NCBI GenBank assembly: GCA_963740355.1
Contig: CAVUDW010000003.1
Coordinates: 384,001-448,000, forward strand
Source of the DNA: an uncultured Gemmatimonadaceae bacterium
GTDB lineage: Bacteria > Gemmatimonadota > Gemmatimonadetes > Gemmatimonadales > Gemmatimonadaceae
Direction of reading: 5' to 3'
DNA: 64,000 bases
Shown here: piece by piece, positions 61,299 to 64,000 of the stretch
How positions within the stretch are numbered: the stretch's first letter is position 1
How the letters are laid out: each line of letters begins with the position of its first letter
Translations under genes and position numbers: made by a program
The notes under the pieces: generated by a model
Told to the model about the DNA's origin: nothing
The model's input: only the letters and a program-made list of their open reading frames with translations
Databases searched by the model: none

Positions 61299-62189
61299 TC
61301 AGCGCTGAGGGGAACGGTTTCGCCCGTCGCGGTACCGACGACCCGCCCCGGTGGTGAGTGACACGGCCGCGCGCGGATGCTCGAGGATCCAATCGAGCGC
61401 ACCTGAGACAACCGGGTATGACAATGTCAGCGAGTAGAGTGAGTGTCCGCTGAATGGTACACTGAAGAGACGGGCTCGCGCGCCGCCCGCCGCGAGCAGT
61501 GTCGAATCGACGACGGCGAACTTGTCGCGCTGGCCGCGAAGAATGGCGACGGCTTCATCGGCAGGGAGATCACGTACGGCATCGGCGACGCTGAAACTGC
61601 CCGGACCCTGCGGCTCGTCTGACATCGTCAGATCGCTCAGCGCAACACGGAGATGGCTGCGCGAGCCTGGCGATAGCGGCAGCACGCCGATCACGCCCGC
61701 CGGTCGCGCATACGACGCTGTCCAGAGTGCGAGTTCAGCCCCGAGCGAATGCCCGGCAATGATCACCGGCGTATCCGTTCCGCCCAGTTCGCGGCGACTC
61801 CGCTCGATCAACGGCAGGATCGCCTTCGTCCAAGCTGCCCCTCGCTGCGCATCGGAATCCGGCAGTGCGGCGAGAATCGTGGTAATGTCAACACCCGCCA
61901 CCGCCAGATGCCGATACCGTAACGCCGCCGCGAGCTCGCGGTGCGGTCCCCAGAAGCCGACGTCGTTGCCAAGAAAGAAAACGATCGCGTCCGGTGGGCG
62001 CGACCGGTCGCGCGCCGGGTACATCGCAATCGACGCCTGCCGCAGCACCGGATCACGTGCCTGCTCGGCTGCCGTCAACCCCTCACACCCGGACAGCACC
62101 GCGATCAGCGCCGTAGCGAGCATGCGGGCGCGCCCTCCGAGTTGCGCGGCCAACCGGCCACGCCACCACGCGGCTGTCTGCTGGTGCAT
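61299..62189 (-). CDS. AcvB/VirJ-like hydrolase (putative aminoacyl-PG hydrolase)
   Basis: FFLGNDVGFW, VAGVD, IIAGHSLGAE, C-terminal SGHS; lipobox-like VLSGC; mprF neighbourhood. Confidence 0.75.
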   Translation of the reverse strand: MHQQTAAWWRGRLAAQLGGRARMLATALIAVLSGCEGLTAAEQARDPVLRQASIAMYPARDRSRPPDAIVFFLGNDVGFWGPHRELAAALRYRHLAVAGVDITTILAALPDSDAQRGAAWTKAILPLIERSRRELGGTDTPVIIAGHSLGAELALWTASYARPAGVIGVLPLSPGSRSHLRVALSDLTMSDEPQGPGSFSVADAVRDLPADEAVAILRGQRDKFAVVDSTLLAAGGARARLFSVPFSGHSLYSLTLSYPVVSGALDWILEHPRAAVSLTTGAGRRYRDGRNRSPQR

Positions 62190-62377
62190 GTGCTTCTCCG
62201 GCGTGTAAGGGACGAGTGGCTGGCCACGTCGGGACAGACCGGGTGACCCTCCGAGTACGAAACAGCGGAGTATCGCATCGCGCGCATGACGCCACGATCA
62301 CTGGAAACGCGTGACATCTGGCACGTGCGCACGGGCACCGATGGGATGAATGCGACGACAGCGGTTGGCATACGGCG

Positions 62378-62399
62378 AGTGATGCTGCGGTGAACATCG
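62378..62399 (+). promoter_or_regulatory. Third copy of the AGTGA-N6-RGTGA box
   Basis: AGTGATGCTGCGGTGAACATCG, 19/22 identical to 51051-51072. Confidence 0.7.
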
Positions 62400-62452
62400 G
62401 TGATGCACCTTACCGCCGCAGGTTCTTGCACCTCTCTCTCGCAGGGGGTTTC

Positions 62453-63160
62453 ATGGCTCGGTCGTTCCTTGGCGTAAACATCGCAGTCCTTGGCGTACTT
62501 GGTGTCGCAGTCGCCGGTTGCGAGCAGTCCACCGCAGCTGATCCCACGGCGCCCGTACGGTTTCAACTTGCGGCCGCCGCGAGCACGCGCGGTGTGAGCG
62601 CTGGCGTGATCACGTCGCAGGGACCGCTCGTCGTCACCGCAGTCCAATTGGTTGTGGGTCGTGCTGCGCTCGGAGACGGCACGGAGTTTGGCTGTCTCGA
62701 CTGCGATGGGAATTTCGTCGATGGGCAGCGGACGCCGACGCTCGTCAACCTCCCGGCAGGTGGCGGTGTGACCGACGTCGTCACCGAACAGGTCACCGCG
62801 GGACGGTATGGTCGGGCCGAATTGTCGCTGGAACCGACGGAAGCGGGCATGCCGCTGTTGCGCGGTGCCGCGACTGGCACAACGGTCCGCGTGTCTGGCA
62901 CCTACAATGGCGCGGCGTTTTCAATCGACCTCGCGATTGCTGGTGCGTTTCGCGGTGCGCTCGTGCCACCACTGAGCGTCGTCGCAGGTGCGACACCCGC
63001 TGCTGTGGCACTCACGCTGCGCCTTCCCGTCGATACCTGGTTCGTGGCGAACTCGCGTGTGCTCGATCCCGCGACCGCTGCCGATCGAACGTTGATCGAA
63101 GCGAATATCCGGGCGTCATTCGACGCGGCGGAGATCGAGTCCGGGTCGCGGGAGTCGTGA
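62453..63160 (+). CDS. Hypothetical lipoprotein
   Basis: Lipobox VAGC; beta-rich body ending IEANIRASF. Confidence 0.75.
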   Translation: MARSFLGVNIAVLGVLGVAVAGCEQSTAADPTAPVRFQLAAAASTRGVSAGVITSQGPLVVTAVQLVVGRAALGDGTEFGCLDCDGNFVDGQRTPTLVNLPAGGGVTDVVTEQVTAGRYGRAELSLEPTEAGMPLLRGAATGTTVRVSGTYNGAAFSIDLAIAGAFRGALVPPLSVVAGATPAAVALTLRLPVDTWFVANSRVLDPATAADRTLIEANIRASFDAAEIESGSRES

Positions 63161-63921
63161 TGTGCACCGGGGCGGCCGAGGCGGGTCGTGTACGATTGGG
63201 CCGGCGTGCGCGACTGGGACTGGTCTTCGTCGCGTTGCTCAGCACCGTGACGGCGTGCGGAGGAAGCGTAGATCAGGCCGATGTGGACACAACGGATAGT
63301 GCGACAGACCTCATGGCCGGATTTGCCGTGCCGCGGCAGCCGCTCGCGCCTGCGGATTCAGCGCTCGTCACAACACTGGAACAACTGGCAAAGACGACGC
63401 ACGACAAGGTGACGAGTGGCGACTGGTCATGGGCCGCCCAGTCGGTCGACTCGATTGCCGCCACGCTGGCACCGCAAGATGCTACGCGGTCGGCATACCA
63501 GATTCCGCTCTTCGCCTTCGACACCGCGCTGAGCGCACTCCAGCGATCGATCGCTGCGCGCGCGCGTCTCGACGCCCTGACCGCCGCGAATCGACTCTCC
63601 CTTGCAATCATCCCATTCTTGGCCAATACCAAGCGCGCGCTACCGTGGCAGCTCAGTCTGCTCGATGTCTACGGTTCGGACATGGAGGTCGCGGCTGAGC
63701 GGAACGATATCGTAGGCCTCAAAGCGATCACGACGCTATTGCGCGATGCCTGGGCTTCACTCCGGCCGCGAATGGCGATTCACGATGGAGTCGAGGAGCG
63801 GACGGCATTCGACATGCTCGTGTCGCAACTAGCCCACGCGTCCACGGCGCAGGAGTTCACCGGCCTAGCGCGCGAAGTGCGCCGCAGCGTGAACGAAATC
63901 GAAGGGTTGTGGGCACCGTAG
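63157..63921 (+). CDS. Hypothetical helical lipoprotein
   Basis: Lipobox VTAC; GTGA overlap with the previous gene. Confidence 0.7.
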   Translation: MMCTGAAEAGRVRLGRRARLGLVFVALLSTVTACGGSVDQADVDTTDSATDLMAGFAVPRQPLAPADSALVTTLEQLAKTTHDKVTSGDWSWAAQSVDSIAATLAPQDATRSAYQIPLFAFDTALSALQRSIAARARLDALTAANRLSLAIIPFLANTKRALPWQLSLLDVYGSDMEVAAERNDIVGLKAITTLLRDAWASLRPRMAIHDGVEERTAFDMLVSQLAHASTAQEFTGLAREVRRSVNEIEGLWAP

Positions 63922-64000
63922 TCCAAACCAGATCGACCGCTCGAGTAGCCATCACCTTCAGCGAGTAGCGTACACTGCCGCCACCTGGTCGCCACGGCGC

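Overview
GC-rich bacterial DNA. The gene repertoire (secreted 6-bladed propeller, GDSL lipoprotein, DUF3108 and DUF5686-like outer-membrane proteins) suggests Gemmatimonadota, which is an inference only. The window is an accessory patchwork with no core housekeeping genes. In order: YtrA-ABC export operon; secreted propeller, Nif3 and erythromycin-esterase genes; GlxA/DinB/RidA detox cluster; large AAA-TPR-LuxR regulator with a GDSL lipoprotein; an arsenic, ion and osmotic stress block (arsR-acr3-metallophosphoesterase, CPA1 antiporter, ClC, mscS-otsA-otsB-GH15, Usp-MarR, DUF389); SRPBCC operon; CHASE3/PAS hybrid kinase; MarR-DoxX and Rrf2-oxidoreductase redox modules; a tRNA-Pro 3' fragment (att site) at 45.7 kb; and a membrane-remodelling island (mprF, two AcvB/VirJ-like proteins, a two-component system, outer-membrane proteins, lipoproteins). 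Main non-obvious observations: (1) a structured leader RNA with competing terminator and antiterminator upstream of the DUF389 gene (riboswitch candidate); (2) a ~23-bp motif (AATCCGGTGACAGTGCACTCATT) recurring in alternating orientation at module junctions; (3) a trehalose-6-P synthase fused to a TM-periplasmic-TM sensor-like domain; (4) several operator families readable from the sequence, and three apparently leaderless transcription-factor genes. Several genes have single-base frameshifts, mostly in homopolymers, probably assembly errors. All family assignments come from motif recognition by eye; no searches were run.
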